In this document: in pieces, positions 23,058 through 35,950 of the stretch | How the letters are laid out: the number at the start of each line of letters is the position of its first letter | Position numbering within the stretch: position 1 is the first letter of the stretch | Assembly: GCA_038087875.1 (NCBI GenBank) | Contig: CM075991.1 | Coordinates: forward strand, 8,186,001 to 8,250,000 | Length of the DNA: 64,000 nucleotides | Direction: 5' to 3' | Origin: Malacoraja senta | Lineage: Eukaryota | Program-made: the position numbers and the translations under genes | The notes under the pieces: model-generated | The model's input: the letters and a program-made list of their open reading frames with translations, nothing else | Database searches by the model: none | What the model was told of the DNA's origin: nothing

Positions 23058-23430
23058 TTGAAACATATAAGATTGTTAAGGGCTTGGACACGCTAGAGGC
23101 AGGAAACATGTTCCCGATGTTGGGGGAGTCCAGAACCAGGGGCCACAGTTTAAGAATAAGGAGTAAGCCATTTAGAACGGAGATGAGGAAACACTTTTTC
23201 TCACAGAGAGTGGTGAGTCTGTGGAATTCTCTGCCTCAGAGGGCGGTGGAGGCCAATTCTCTGGATACTTACAAGAGAGAGCTAGATAGGGCTCTTAAAG
23301 ATATCGGAGTCAGGGGATATGGGGAGAAAGCAGGAACTGGGTACTGATTGGGGATGATCAGCCTTGATCACATTGAATGGCGGTGCTGGCTCGAAGGGCC
23401 AAATGGCCTACTCCTGCACCTATTGTCGAT
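23058..23430 (+). mobile_element. CR1 3' fragment (young subfamily)
   Basis: ETYKIVKGLDTLEAGNMFPMLGESRTRGHSLRIRSKPFRTEMRKHFFSQRVVSLWNSLP; nearly identical to 41930-42320 and 49980-50297. Confidence 0.9.
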
Positions 23431-24443
23431 AATAGAAAAGTGTTGGAAGGCGCCAGTCAGCATCTGGAGAACAGGGATAGGCCATGTTGCAGATCAGGAC
23501 CCTTCTGCAGACCAGACCGGAAACATCACCTATCCATGTTCTCCAGAGATGTTGCCTGATCCGCTGAGTTACTCCAGCACTCTGTGTCTTTGTGAGAGAC
23601 TCATGTAGGGCGTGGCCACTGTTGAGAAGGTTGGAGAATGTGCACCAGCAGGAAATTCACCCGCTGGGGTCTCCCTCTCCTCATCTGTCAGCACCTCAAA
23701 CCGCATGTACCTAGGTACAGTGAAGTGCTTTGATTTGCATACAACCTGGTAAAATCAGACCGAAGACCTCACCTGGGCAGTGCACAAGTGTGGCTAGGTT
23801 TCTGGGGCAGACAAAAGTTCACCGAACCGTCCTACCTACTCCCCGCCACTCTACATCAGAAGGAAATGGAGTAGAATTAGGCCATTCGGCCCATCAAGTC
23901 TACTCCGCCATTCAATCATGGTTGATCTATCTCTCCCTCCTAACCCCATTCTCCCGCCTTCCCCCAATAACCCCTGACACCCGGACCAATCAAAAATCTA
24001 TCTAGCTCTGCCTTAAAATTATCCACTGACTTGACCTCCACTGCCTTCTGTGACAAAGAATTCCACAGATTCACCACCATCTGACTAAAGAAATGTCACC
24101 TCATCTCCTTCCTAAAAGAACGTTCTTTAATTGCTCTCGGCGACCCCACCCCCCCAACCCCAGCTGGGCCCCTCTTTGTTCTCAGCGCCCCCCACTCTGT
24201 TCCACCCCCTCCCCCCTCCCCCCTCCCCCTCCCGCCGAGTGGTGGCCCTCCACACTCTCGGCCAGGCGATTGGGAGCAGGAATCCTGGCCGGCTCTTTGT
24301 CCCCTCTCACCCAGCGAAATTAAGGCCAACCAGCGCACCCTACCCCAGTCACGCAGAACGGCCAAGGACCGAGGTATCGATGGTTCCTCTCCACCTGGTC
24401 GTCCCATTAGTATTTCATTCAGAAAAGGGGCCAGGTGAATTCA

Positions 24444-26075
24444 AGTCAAGTGAGTTTATTGTCATGTGTCCCAGATAGGACAATGAAATTCTTGCTTGCT
24501 GCAGCACCACAGAATATTGTAGGCATGAATACAGAACAGATCAGTGTGTCCATATACCATAAATATATATATACACACACATAAATAAACAGATAAAGTG
24601 CAATAGGCTGTTATAGTTCAGAGTTTGTTTGAAGTTGTGTTTAATAGCCTGATGGCTGTGGGGAAGAAGCTGTTCATGAACCTGGATGTACCAGATTTCA
24701 GGCTCCTGTATCTTCTACTTGAAGGCAGCGGGTAGATGAGTGTGTGGCCAGGATGGTGTGGGTCCTTAATGATGCTGGCAGCCTTTTTGAGGCAGCGACT
24801 GCGATAGATCCCCTCGATGGTGGGGAGGTCAGAGCCGATGATGGACTGGGCAGTGTTTACAACTTTTTGTAGCCTTTTCCGCTCCTGGACGCTCAAGTTG
24901 CCGAACCAAGCCACGATGCAACCGGTCAGCATGCTCTCTACTGTGCACCTGTAGAGGTTCCAGAGAGTCCTCCTTGACATACCGACTCTCCGTAATCTTC
25001 TCAGGAAGTAGAGGCGCTGATGTGCTTTCCTTTTAATTGCATCAGTGTTCTGAGACCAGGAGAGATCTTCGTAAATATGCACGCCCAGGAATTTGAAGTT
25101 CTTGACCTTTTCCACCATCGACCCGTTGATATAAACGGGACTGTGGGTCCCTATCCTACCCCTTCCAAAGTCCACAATCAGTACCTTGGTTTAGCTGGTG
25201 TTGAGGGCCAGGTTATTGTGCTGGCACCATATGGACAGTTGCTCGATCTCTCTTCTATACTCTGACTCGTCCCCATCAGTGATACGTCCCACAACAGTGG
25301 TGTTGTCGGCGAACTTGATGATGGAGTTCGCACTATGTCCGGCTACGCAGTCATGAGTATAGAGTGAGTACAGCAGGGGGCTGAGCACGCAGCCTTGAGG
25401 TGCTCCCGTGCTGATTGTTATCGAGGATGACACATTTCCACCAATACGGACAGACTGTGGTCTGTGAATGAGGAAGTCGAGGATCCAATTGCAGAGGGAT
25501 GCGCAGAGACCCAGATCTGAGAGCTTGGTAACCAGCTTGGAGGGGATGATGGTATTAAATGCTGAGCTGTAATCAATGAATAACAGCCTGACATATGCAT
25601 ATGAGTTTTTGTTGTCCAAGTGGTCCAGAGCGGAGTGGAGGGCCAGTGAGATCGCATCCACCGTTGATCTGTTGTGGCGGTAAGCGAACTGCAGTGGGTC
25701 CAGGTTTTTGTCGAGGTACGAGTTGATCTGCGTCATGATCAGCCTCTCAAAGCACTTCATCACCACAGGCGTTAGTGCCACTGGTCGATAGTCATTGAGG
25801 CACGTCACCTTGTTCTTCTTGGGCACCGGTATAATTGATGCCCTTTTAAAGCAGGTGGGAGCCTCAGACCTCAGAAGTGAGAGGTTGAAAATGTCCGTAA
25901 AAACTCCAGTCAGTTGGTCTGCACAGGTTTTTAGAACACGACCGGGTATACCATCAGGTCCAGGCGCTTTGCGAGGGTTCACCCTTCTGAAGGATATTCT
26001 GACGTCGGCCTCTGTGACTGTGACCGAAATACCATCACGGCGAATGGGGGCTCGGGAAGGCACATCAGTGTTTCA
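24444..26075 (-). mobile_element. 5'-truncated Rex1/Babar-clade LINE (reverse transcriptase), inactivated
   Basis: ORFs 25191-26063 and 24618-25175 carry [63 protein letters not shown] (DD to DN), FKFLG and QRLYFLRRL. In-frame stop at 25191-25193; 3' AATAAA plus (CTTGA)n tail; candidate TSD GAATTCA at 24437-24443 and 26076-26082. Confidence 0.92.
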
Positions 26076-27103
26076 GAATTCATCACCTAACCTTCGCTTG
26101 GGTGGTGTTGGGAAGCAACCATGGAATCAGAAGTTTCCAAACCAAATGACCAATGGTTGCAACATGGTTATGCTCCCAGACTCAGTCCTGGAGCCTCGAT
26201 TAGCAGTGACTGATGATCCCAAGTTCAAATACAAATCACTAAATCGGGGTTACTAAAATTCATTTTGTTAAATGACTTGCCAATAAAAGGCTAGTTATTT
26301 GCAGTGGTAGCCACACAGCAACCACATTATCAGAGCTACAAGAAGGAAACTGGCCCTTCGTCCCATCGAGTCTGTGCCGATCATTAACCCCCCCCTTTAC
26401 ACTGAGACAGCCCAAACCCATTTTATTCTTTCCCCATTAAATCACCCCACATTCTAGCACTCACCTTCACACTGGTAGCAATTTACAATAGGCCGAAGAT
26501 CGACACAAAATGCTGGATTCACTCAGCAGGACCGGCAGCATCTCTGGAGAGAATGAATGGGTGACGTTTTGGGTCGAGACGAGGGGTTACTCCAGCTTTT
26601 GGAGTCTGTCTTCGGTTTAAACCAGCATCTACAGTCCCTTCCTACACATTTACAATAACTCATTGATCTACCAAGCCACATATTTTTGGGGATGTGGGAA
26701 GAAACCAGAGCACGCAGTGGGATCTCGTATGGTCACAAGAACATTTGGACTCCGGAGGCTAGGATTGAACCTGGAGCACTGGGAGTTGAGGCAGTACCGC
26801 CACTCGTGTACTTAGGGGAAGCTTAAGAGCGTTTTTCACGGAACAGATTGCTTTGCAGAAACTCAAGTAGCAAGGAGCTAAATGTCTGTCCGATCTATTT
26901 TTAGTGGAGTTGATTAAGGAAGGAACGCAAGACAGCAACTGGGAGACGCGGGTTGGTCCTCCTTCCAGAAGACCACATGGAGAAACAAGGAACTGCAGAT
27001 GCTGATTGAAATGGCAAAGTGACATTGGGAGAAGGAAGAACGGTGAAAGGAGACACGGGCATCTGCAGATGCTGGTTTACAAAGTTCTAGAGTAACTCGG
27101 CGG

Positions 27104-27482
27104 CAAAGATCCTATAGCGGAGCAAGATAGACCACTCCTGCTAAATGCAATGGGCTGACGTGTAGTACGCAACGGAGCGGAAGGTGGGCCTTTTTTTCGT
27201 CCATTTCAGTAACCCGACCCGACCCGCAGTGTAATCAACGTTGCGGGGGAACAGTTTGTGTTAATAAATTATAATTCTGAAAATGAGAAGATTTTTACCA
27301 AAGAACTTTTATTTTTACGAGGATGTTTCCGTAACCGGCTTCCGTGTCCGCACTAGCACCGCTTTGGTGCGGAGACGGAAACCGGTTACGGAAATGGGGC
27401 CGAAAATTACCCACGAATCTGCCCATGACCGTACTACGTCTTTTTCGTCGAGTGATCCATCTTGCTCGCTATAGGATCTTTG
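27104..27482. mobile_element. hAT-type MITE
   Basis: ~33-bp TIRs CAAAGATCCTATAGCG(G)AGCAAGAT..; 8-bp TSD ctcggcgg (27096-27103) / ctcagcgg (27483-27490); interrupts a PLE-derived repeat. Confidence 0.88.
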
Positions 27483-28139
27483 CTCAGCGGGTCAGGCAGC
27501 ATCTCCGGAGAACATGGATAGGCAATATTTCAGTTCAGGACCCTTCTTCAGACAGACGGTGGTGGGGGAAGAAAGCTAGGAGAGAGGAGGACAAAGCGTG
27601 GCAAGTAATAGGTGGACACAGGCAAGGGGGTGGGTCTTGATAGACGGATGGTTGAACAAAGGTCGGAGATCAGAGATTAAATCAGGTGGGAGACAAAAAG
27701 GATTGAAGAGTTGTGAACTGTGAAGCCAGAGGAAAGAATGTGGGTGGAAGGATAGGGGCGAAATAGGAGTTGCGGTGGGGCACAGGGGGAGGAAGGGGAT
27801 GGGGAGGTGGGTTGTAACCTCCCCATCCCCATGTTTAGTTTAGTTTAGAGATACAGTGCAGAAACAGGCCCTTTGGCCCACCGAGTCCGTACCGACCAGC
27901 GATCCACGCATATTAACACTATCCTACACTAGGGACAATGTTTACATTTATACCAAGCCAATTAGCCTGCAAACGGAAGATCTCTGAAACCCACGCAGGT
28001 CATTGGGAGAACGTACAAACTCCGTACAGACAAGCGCCCGTGGTCAGGATCGAACCCGGGTCACTGGTGCTGTAAAGCAGCAACTCTGCCTCTGCGCCAC
28101 TGCGCCGCCCTCATGAAAGAGACAGGATTGCACTCTCAC

Positions 28140-28306
28140 CAAGATAGTTCGCTGCAGATTGGAGCTGACGCTGCTGAATATTAATTTGCCGACCAGGCTG
28201 GAGATGGTTGGGAAGACGAGCGCGCCGCACAGGATGCGGGAGATGGACGCGTGGTCACTTCGGTAGTGCGCGTCGGCAGGTGTGCGAGGAATGGGGCATC
28301 CAAAAC
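28140..28306 (-). CDS. MARCHF5: MARCHF5-like E3 ubiquitin ligase, penultimate coding exon (167 nt)
   Basis: ttag|GT TTT GGA...ATC TTG|gtgaga; encodes (G)FGCPIPRTPADAHYRSDHASISRILCGALVFPTISSLVGKLIFSSVSSNLQRTIL versus recalled human GIGCPVPRIPAEANPLADHVSATRILCGALVFPTIATIVGKLMFSSVNSNLQRTIL. Confidence 0.95.
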
Positions 28307-28504
28307 CTAAACAATGCAGAAGAATCAACGTGAGAACACACAGGACAGGAAACTCCCAATACCGTGGTCGAGGCAAGCTTTTTTTTGGGGCGCAGTCTGA
28401 AAATTAAATTCACCCAGTCATCTTAGTTCAGTTTAGTTTAGAGGTACAGCATGGAAACAGGCCCTTCGGCCCACGAAGACCAGCGAATCCCGCACATTAA
28501 CACT

Positions 28505-28643
28505 CATCAGCGGTCACTCGAAACGAGTATGACTGTCCTCTCATGGAGGACGCCTGTGCGTGACTTTAACGTGGGGAGACTGGTGCACAGACAGCCTCCC
28601 CACGGTCCTTGACAGATCTGGGTCAGAATTGACTATCGAACAG
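28505..28643 (-). mobile_element. RTE-type 3' fragment inserted in a SINE
   Basis: Reverse complement matches ~20627-20712, then ends in a stem-loop and TGATGA; TSD taacact at 28498-28504 and 28644-28650. Confidence 0.65.
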
Positions 28644-29253
28644 TAACACTATCCTACACACATTAGGTACAATTTACAATTTTACCAAGTCAATTAACCG
28701 ACAAACCTGCACGTCCTTAGAGTGTGAGAGGAAACCAGAGCACCCGGGGCTCTGGCGCAGAATGGCACAACTCTACCGCTGTGCCACCGATGGCATCAAA
28801 CTTATTTATTGTCTCAACTGGACACTAACCCCCCCAAGCTGTTGGTGCAGTAACAAAGCTCAGGTCAAACAATCTCAGTATTAAGAGAAATCAATTAATT
28901 TTCACCTGGAGAGTTGTGAATCTGTGGAATTCTCTGCAACAGAAGGCAATGGAGGCCAATTCACTGGATGTATTCAAGAGACAGTTAGCTCTTAGGACTA
29001 ACGCAATCAAGGGATATGGGTAGAAAGCAGGAAAGGGATACTGATTTTGGATGATCAGCCATGATTATATTGAATGGCGGTGCTAACTCGAAGGGCTGAA
29101 TGGCCTACTTCTGCACCTATTTTATATGTTTCTATGAGGATTTATTTGTCAAACATAATTTAACAGTATAAATGCTTAAACAGGGAAATGATATAAGCGT
29201 ACAATAGAGAAGGAATTAGAGGATTCTGCCAACTGGTCTGTCTCTGTGCATTT

Positions 29254-29288
<35 letters not shown>

Positions 29289-29634
29289 ACCTCCTCCAGC
29301 CCTGCCTTTACGAGATACTGCTCATCTTGATTCTGCTTTAAATCACTCTTCCACCCACAGCTGTGCTTTCTGCCACCATGTGGCCAAGTTCTGGAATTCT
29401 CCTTCTGACCATGTCCATCCCCTTCTTGCAAACAAACCTTCTTACTGGTTGTCACAAAAATCTACTTGACAGTTGACTAGTCAGATCTCCTGGGAAGTGT
29501 TACCCAGTCAGGAAGTGTCCGGCAAATGAAAGCTACTGTTGAATTGATAAGGACTTGGATTAACTCGACAAACCTATGGTTGGGGTCACATAAGACTCAA
29601 ACGATATATATACATACATACACATCCATGTATA

Positions 29635-29694
<60 letters not shown>

Positions 29695-29790
29695 TCCCCC
29701 TTTTTGAAGTGTCTCGACCCAAAACGTCACCCGTTCCTTCTCTCCAGAGATGCTGCCTGTCCCTCTGAGTCACTCCTACATGTCCACCCA

Positions 29791-29990
29791 NNNNNNNNNN
29801 NNNNNNNNNNNNNNNNNNNNNNNNNNNNNNNNNNNNNNNNNNNNNNNNNNNNNNNNNNNNNNNNNNNNNNNNNNNNNNNNNNNNNNNNNNNNNNNNNNNN
29901 NNNNNNNNNNNNNNNNNNNNNNNNNNNNNNNNNNNNNNNNNNNNNNNNNNNNNNNNNNNNNNNNNNNNNNNNNNNNNNNNNNNNNNNNNN
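29791..29990. other. Assembly gap (200 N)
   Basis: Run of exactly 200 N; the round number suggests a placeholder length. Confidence 1.
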
Positions 29991-30625
29991 GAAACAGGCC
30001 CTTCAGCCCACCGAGTCTGTGCCGACCAGCGATCCCCACACACTAACACAATCCTATACACCCTAGGGTCAATTTACAATTTTTACCAAAGCCAATTAGA
30101 CAATAGACAATAGACAATAGGTGCAGGAGTAGGCCATTCGGCCCTTTGAGCCAGCACCGCCATTCAATGTGATCATGGCTGATCATCCCCAATCAGTACC
30201 CCGTTCCTGCCTTCTCCCCATATCCCCTAACCTACAAACCTGCACGTCTTTGGAGTGTGGGAGGAAACCGGAGCACCCGGAGAAAACCCACACAGGTCAT
30301 GAGGAGAAGGTACAAACTCCGTACAGACAGCACCCGTAGTCAGGATCGAACCCGGGTCTCTGGCGCTGTAAGGCAGCAACTCTACCGCTGTGCCACACTG
30401 TTGCTCCTTTGTACAACCAAGTAGCAATGAATTCATTGATCACAATATCATTCCATTCAAGGTTCTCGGAGTATTCCAAGCACATTGGCAACCAGTCATG
30501 ACTGAGGAAAGTCCATGAGAATCTCCTGTCCAAATCCAGCAGCAAGCAGCAGGAGACTGGCAGAGTCAGTGCCCAGCTAACCCACACCCACACCTTCCAC
30601 ACACACTGCAGGTTTCACACTGAAA

Positions 30626-31330
<705 letters not shown>

Positions 31331-32206
31331 CGTGTTAGATAGTTACCTCACACACTCACCAGGCGTGCACTACTGGACTTGTCACCATTCACCGCTCCTA
31401 CTGGCAAGGTTGTGAGCATCAGAAGCCCGTTCTTCTGCGTCCAAGCCCCTCGGATGGAATGGGCGGCAGAGCCAAAGCCAGTCGGAGGTGCTGGCTAACA
31501 GGCGCGAGTCGTGGGCTCCGCCAGAGACCGCCCAGACGCTTCTTGTCTGTCACAACTCCCCACTGAGCAATCAAACACAAACCCTCAGCAGTGAGATCAT
31601 TAAACCGCTCGCCCTTTGCATTACACCGAGCGGTTCCCTGGGGAAACTAACCCCCTTGTTGGCATGACGTGCTGGAGATAAATGAGATCATGGCCTGTCC
31701 CCACTTACATCATCTCTGCAGTTTCTCCGGAGTTTGCAGCAAACTATGGCGGGTGTTGCAATTAAACTTCCTTGCCAGTCACAAAATGCTGGAGTAACTC
31801 AGCGGGACAAACATAGAGAAGGAATGGGTGACGTTTCGACCCAAAACTTCGCCCATTCCCTCCCTCCAGAGTTGCTGCCTGTCCCACTAAGTGACACCAG
31901 CATTTAGTGTCTATTTCCGGCGTAAACCAGCATCTGCAGTTTAGTCAGCAAGCCAAGTTTATTGTTCCGTGTACCGAGGTACGGTGAAAAGCTTCCGTTG
32001 CATGCCATCAGTCAGCAGAAAGGCGATACGTGATTAGAATCGAGCAGCTTACATGATATGGGAATGTGGGATGAGAAAATGGCCAACGAGGTTCACTGGG
32101 CAAGTCCTCATCCCGGAACGCCCTGGCCAAGTGGTACACGCAAGACACTAGACTTTTATCAAGTCACCAAACTCTGGGGCGGTGCAGCGGTAAAGTTGCT
32201 GCCTTA

Positions 32207-32417
32207 AGGGCCTGTGCCACTTGCCGTTTTTTTCGGTGACTGCCGGCAACATTGATTGACGTATCAGGTCACCGAAGAATTCGCGGCGGGATGACGTATG
32301 ACGCGCGGGTTTTTTTTCAAGTGTCGCAACGTTTTTTTTGTCGCCGCTGGATTTTGAGATGTTCGCAGGCAGTCGCAGGCAGTCGCCGAAAAAAAATCGG
32401 CAAGTGGGACAAGCCCG
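32207..32417. mobile_element. PIF/Harbinger-type MITE (family A-related) inserted in a SINE head
   Basis: GGGCCTGTGCCACTTGCCGTTTTTTT / AAAAAATCGGCAAGTGGGACAAGCCC; left flank TTA at 32204-32206. Confidence 0.75.
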
Positions 32418-33036
32418 TTGTCGTTGGGGCCTAATATCGTGGAGCCGGCGGCCTCCAACCGGAATCGACCTGGGGCTCCAGTCGCAGAGCCTGCGGATTC
32501 ACCATCGCGGAGATGGCTGACTTCAGAGCGCGGAGCGCTGTGGTGGCGCGCGGCTGCGACCCGACTTGGGAGCTTCGGAGGCTCCGGCTGCAGTCCCTGT
32601 GGACGGTAACATCGGGAGCTCGCGGGTCCCTGGCGGGAGACCGCTTTTCGGAACTCCCGCAACGGCAAACTTCTCCCGCCCGAATCGCGGGGTTTAAATC
32701 GACCCGGAGCAGGGGGCCTTACATCGCCCGGCGCGGCTTAAACGGCCGCGGGACTTACCATCGCCCGCCGGGGGCTCTAACATCAAGAGCCTCGATCAGC
32801 TCGATGCAGCAGTTTGACAGTTTGACTGCGGGAGAAGAATAAAGAACAGAGAACAGGGAAGAGATAAGACTTTTGCCTTCCATCACAGTGAGGAGGTGGT
32901 TGGAGATTCACTGTGATGGATGTTTGTGTGGAATTGTGTTAATTGTGTGTTTTGGTTTTTTGCTGTTATGACGGCAGGAACAACATTTCATTTGAACCTT
33001 GTATGTTTAAATGACAATAAATGGCATTCTATTCTA
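32418..33036 (+). mobile_element. 5'-truncated copy of the GC-rich retroposon at 17015-17935
   Basis: Shared body, hairpin, and tail AATGACAATAAATGGCATTCTATTCTA. Confidence 0.75.
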
Positions 33037-33117
33037 TCAACATCTCTATACTTTAGACATACAGTGAGGAAACAGGCTGTGTCCACACCGACCAGCAATC
33101 ACCCTGTCCCTACACTA

Positions 33118-33207
33118 GGTAGACAAAAATGCTGGAGAAACTCAGCGGGTGAGGCAGCATCTAGATGCTGCCTCACCCGCTGAGTTTCTCCAGAATTTTT
33201 GTCTACC
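33118..33207. repeat. 90-bp spacer-less palindrome (PLE-derived)
   Basis: Centre ct|ag at 33162/33163; one mismatch between the arms. Confidence 0.9.
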
Positions 33208-33449
33208 TTCGATTTTTCCAGCATCTGCAGTTCTTTCTTAAACACCCTGTACACTAGCTCTATCCCACACACTAGGGACATTTTTTTTTACTTTTACCGA
33301 AGCCAATTAACTTGCAAGCGTCTTTGGAGTGTGGGAGGAAGCCCGGAGCACCCGGAGAAAAACGCGCGCAGTCATGGGGAGAAGGTGCAAACTCCGTACA
33401 GACAGGCAGGATCGAAACTGGGACTGCCCTTCCAGGTGTCTCCTCCTGA

Positions 33450-33781
33450 TAGCCCTGTCCCACGGTACGAGTTCATTCCAAGAGCTCTCCCGAGTTTAAA
33501 AAAAAAAAAAAACTCGTGGTAAGCACGGAGAATGAACGTAGCGGGTACGTCGGAGCTCGGGGACGTCTCTTAGCGGCTCGTCACGCTAACGGCAGGTACT
33601 CGGGAAGACTCGCTAACGGCAGGTAAGCACGGGAAGACTCGTGAAGATTTTTCAACATGTTGAAAAATGTCCACGAGAGCCCCGAGTACCGACGAGCGGC
33701 CATTACCGTAAATCTCCGAGTTCGAATCAGGGCAAACTCGGGAGAGCTCTTGGAATGAACTCGTACTGTGTGACACGGGTT
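33450..33781. mobile_element. PIF/Harbinger-type MITE (family B)
   Basis: TIRs CCCTGTCCCACGGTACGAGTTCATTCCAAGAGCTCTCCCGAGTTT and their complement. Confidence 0.8.
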
Positions 33782-35654
33782 TAAGTCTCTTCTCTGGACT
33801 AACACAGTCCAGCCCGTTTGCAAACACACAGTTCAGGGACTAAAGCGAGAATAGTTGACTTGAAACCTCTCCTGTAGCCGCATAATAGACAATAGACAAC
33901 AGGTGCAGGAGTAGGCCATTCGGCCCTTCGTGCCAGCACCGCCATTCAATGTGATCATGGCTGTGACTGGGGCAGTAGATCTCCAAGTGGGGTCTCACCA
34001 AGGCAAGATACAAATAGAAACTTCCACGCTACAAATGTGTTAATCTGAATGTGGACATATAAACCTGCTCTGCAACTTTCAGGTATGTCTCTGTGTAAGT
34101 GCGTGTTTGCATGTGTATATCTGGGTGGGTGACTCCGGCTGTGGGCGTCAGTGCCTCTTGTATGCACGCACGTCCATGTGTGGGAACATAGAAAACAGGT
34201 GCAGGAAAATAGGTCCATTCGTCCCTTCGAGCCAACCGCCATTCAATATGATCATCCAGAATCAGTACCCTGTCCCTGCTTCCTCCCCAAGTCCATTAAC
34301 TACGTTAGACCTAAGAGCTCTATCTAACTCTCTATTGAATGCACCCAGTGAATTGGCCTCCACTGGCTTCTGTGGCAGAGAATTCCACAGATTCACAACC
34401 CTCTGGCTGAAAATGTTTCTCCTCATCTCAGTCCTAATTGGCCTATCCCTTATTCTTAAACTGTGACCCCTGATTCTGGACTCCCCTAACATCAGGCGCA
34501 TTTTTCCTGCATCTAGCCCGTCCAATGTCTTAAGAATTTTATTTCAATAAGATCCCAGCGCACCCTTCTAAAATCCAGTGTCAGGCAGTATCTCTGGGGA
34601 AAAGGATTAGGTGACGTTTCGGTTCGAGACCCTTCTTATCCCAATGGTTTTGTTCGTCTACCCAATTTTGAATCCTAATTATTTAATGGATGCCTCAAAC
34701 TAGGACATGCCTTTATTCCAGCGGGTACATGCATAGGATAGATTTCGGAGGGATATGGGCCAAATGTGGGCTGGTGTAGATGGGGCATCCTGGTCAGTAT
34801 GGGCAAGTTGGGCCGATTTTCGTGCTGTATGAAACATAGAAAATGGGTGCGGGAGTAGGCCATTCGATATGATCATGGCTGATCATCCAAAATCAGTAAC
34901 CCGTTCCTGCTTTTTCCCCCATATCCCTCGATTCCTTTAGCCCCAAGAGCTATATCTATTGAAACTCTCTCTCGATGACTCCAACCCTACGCTGCCATAT
35001 ATCTCAATAAGGACAAAGAAAAGCTTCTTACATTGACGGCGGGTGTAGAAGGCGTTCAAAGCGAGGCCTCTGGATTCACTTGATATAACTCAGTAAGATC
35101 TCTGGAGCAATTGCAGACTGCTAATGCAAAATGAAGATGATGTAATTGGAAGGCAGGCTGTGATCTAATCTGCCGTCACCACGTCAAGGGGACTAGGAGG
35201 TGAGACTCCACTGGGAACGGCTCAACATAATAGAGAGAGTGTCAGCAGTTTAATGAGACGGACAAACACGGAGTTACACGCACGTACATCTGTGTGCGTG
35301 TGTACGCATGCACACGGACACGCGTGTCAGGGCTAAATATAGAGTAGAACATGGCAACCCACGCAATCAAATAGTTCACAGGAACTTGCCCCAGGGTGGT
35401 GAATCTGCGGAACTCATTGCCACAGAAGGCTGTGGAGGCCAAGTCAGTGGATAATTTTAAGGCAGAGATAGATTCTTGATTAGTACGGGTGTCAGAGGTT
35501 ATGGGGAGAAGGCAGGAGAATGGGGTTAGGAGGGAGAGATCAGCCATGATTGAATAGCAGAGTAGACTTGATGGGCCGAATGGCCTAATTCTACTCCTAT
35601 TCCTTATAACCTTATGACTTCAATGCAGAGGAATTGCATTCAAACCAAAGAACA

Positions 35655-35950
35655 AGGGTGGGCACAGCGATTTGAGTTGCTGCCTCACAGCGCCAGAGAC
35701 ACAGGATCGATCCCGAATACGGGTGCTTGTCTGTATGGAGTTTGTACACTTCCCCCGTGACCGTGTGGGTTTTCTCCGGGTGCTCCGGTTTCTTCCCACA
35801 CTCCAAAGACGTGCAGGTTTGTAGGTGAATTGGCTTCGATAAATTATCCCTAGTGTGTAGGATAGAACTAGTGTACGGGGTGATCGCTGGTCGGTGCGGA
35901 CTTGGTGGGCCATAGGGCCTGTTTCCCTGCTGTATCTCTAAACTAAACAG
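35655..35950 (+). mobile_element. HE1-type V-SINE
   Basis: tRNA-like head, V-domain and CTAAA tail. Confidence 0.85.

Noticed and set aside
22717..23109. 130-aa ORF overlapping the last MARCHF5-like exon
   Set aside because: Wrong frame; the real exon reads GGIAFVAIKG.. from the acceptor at 22871.
35397..35419. TGGTGAATCTGCG matches part of the recalled mammalian CPEB3 HDV-like ribozyme
   Set aside because: It is ordinary CR1 coding sequence (VVNL.NSLP) present in many copies, the other pseudoknot strands are absent, and it lies outside the CPEB gene.
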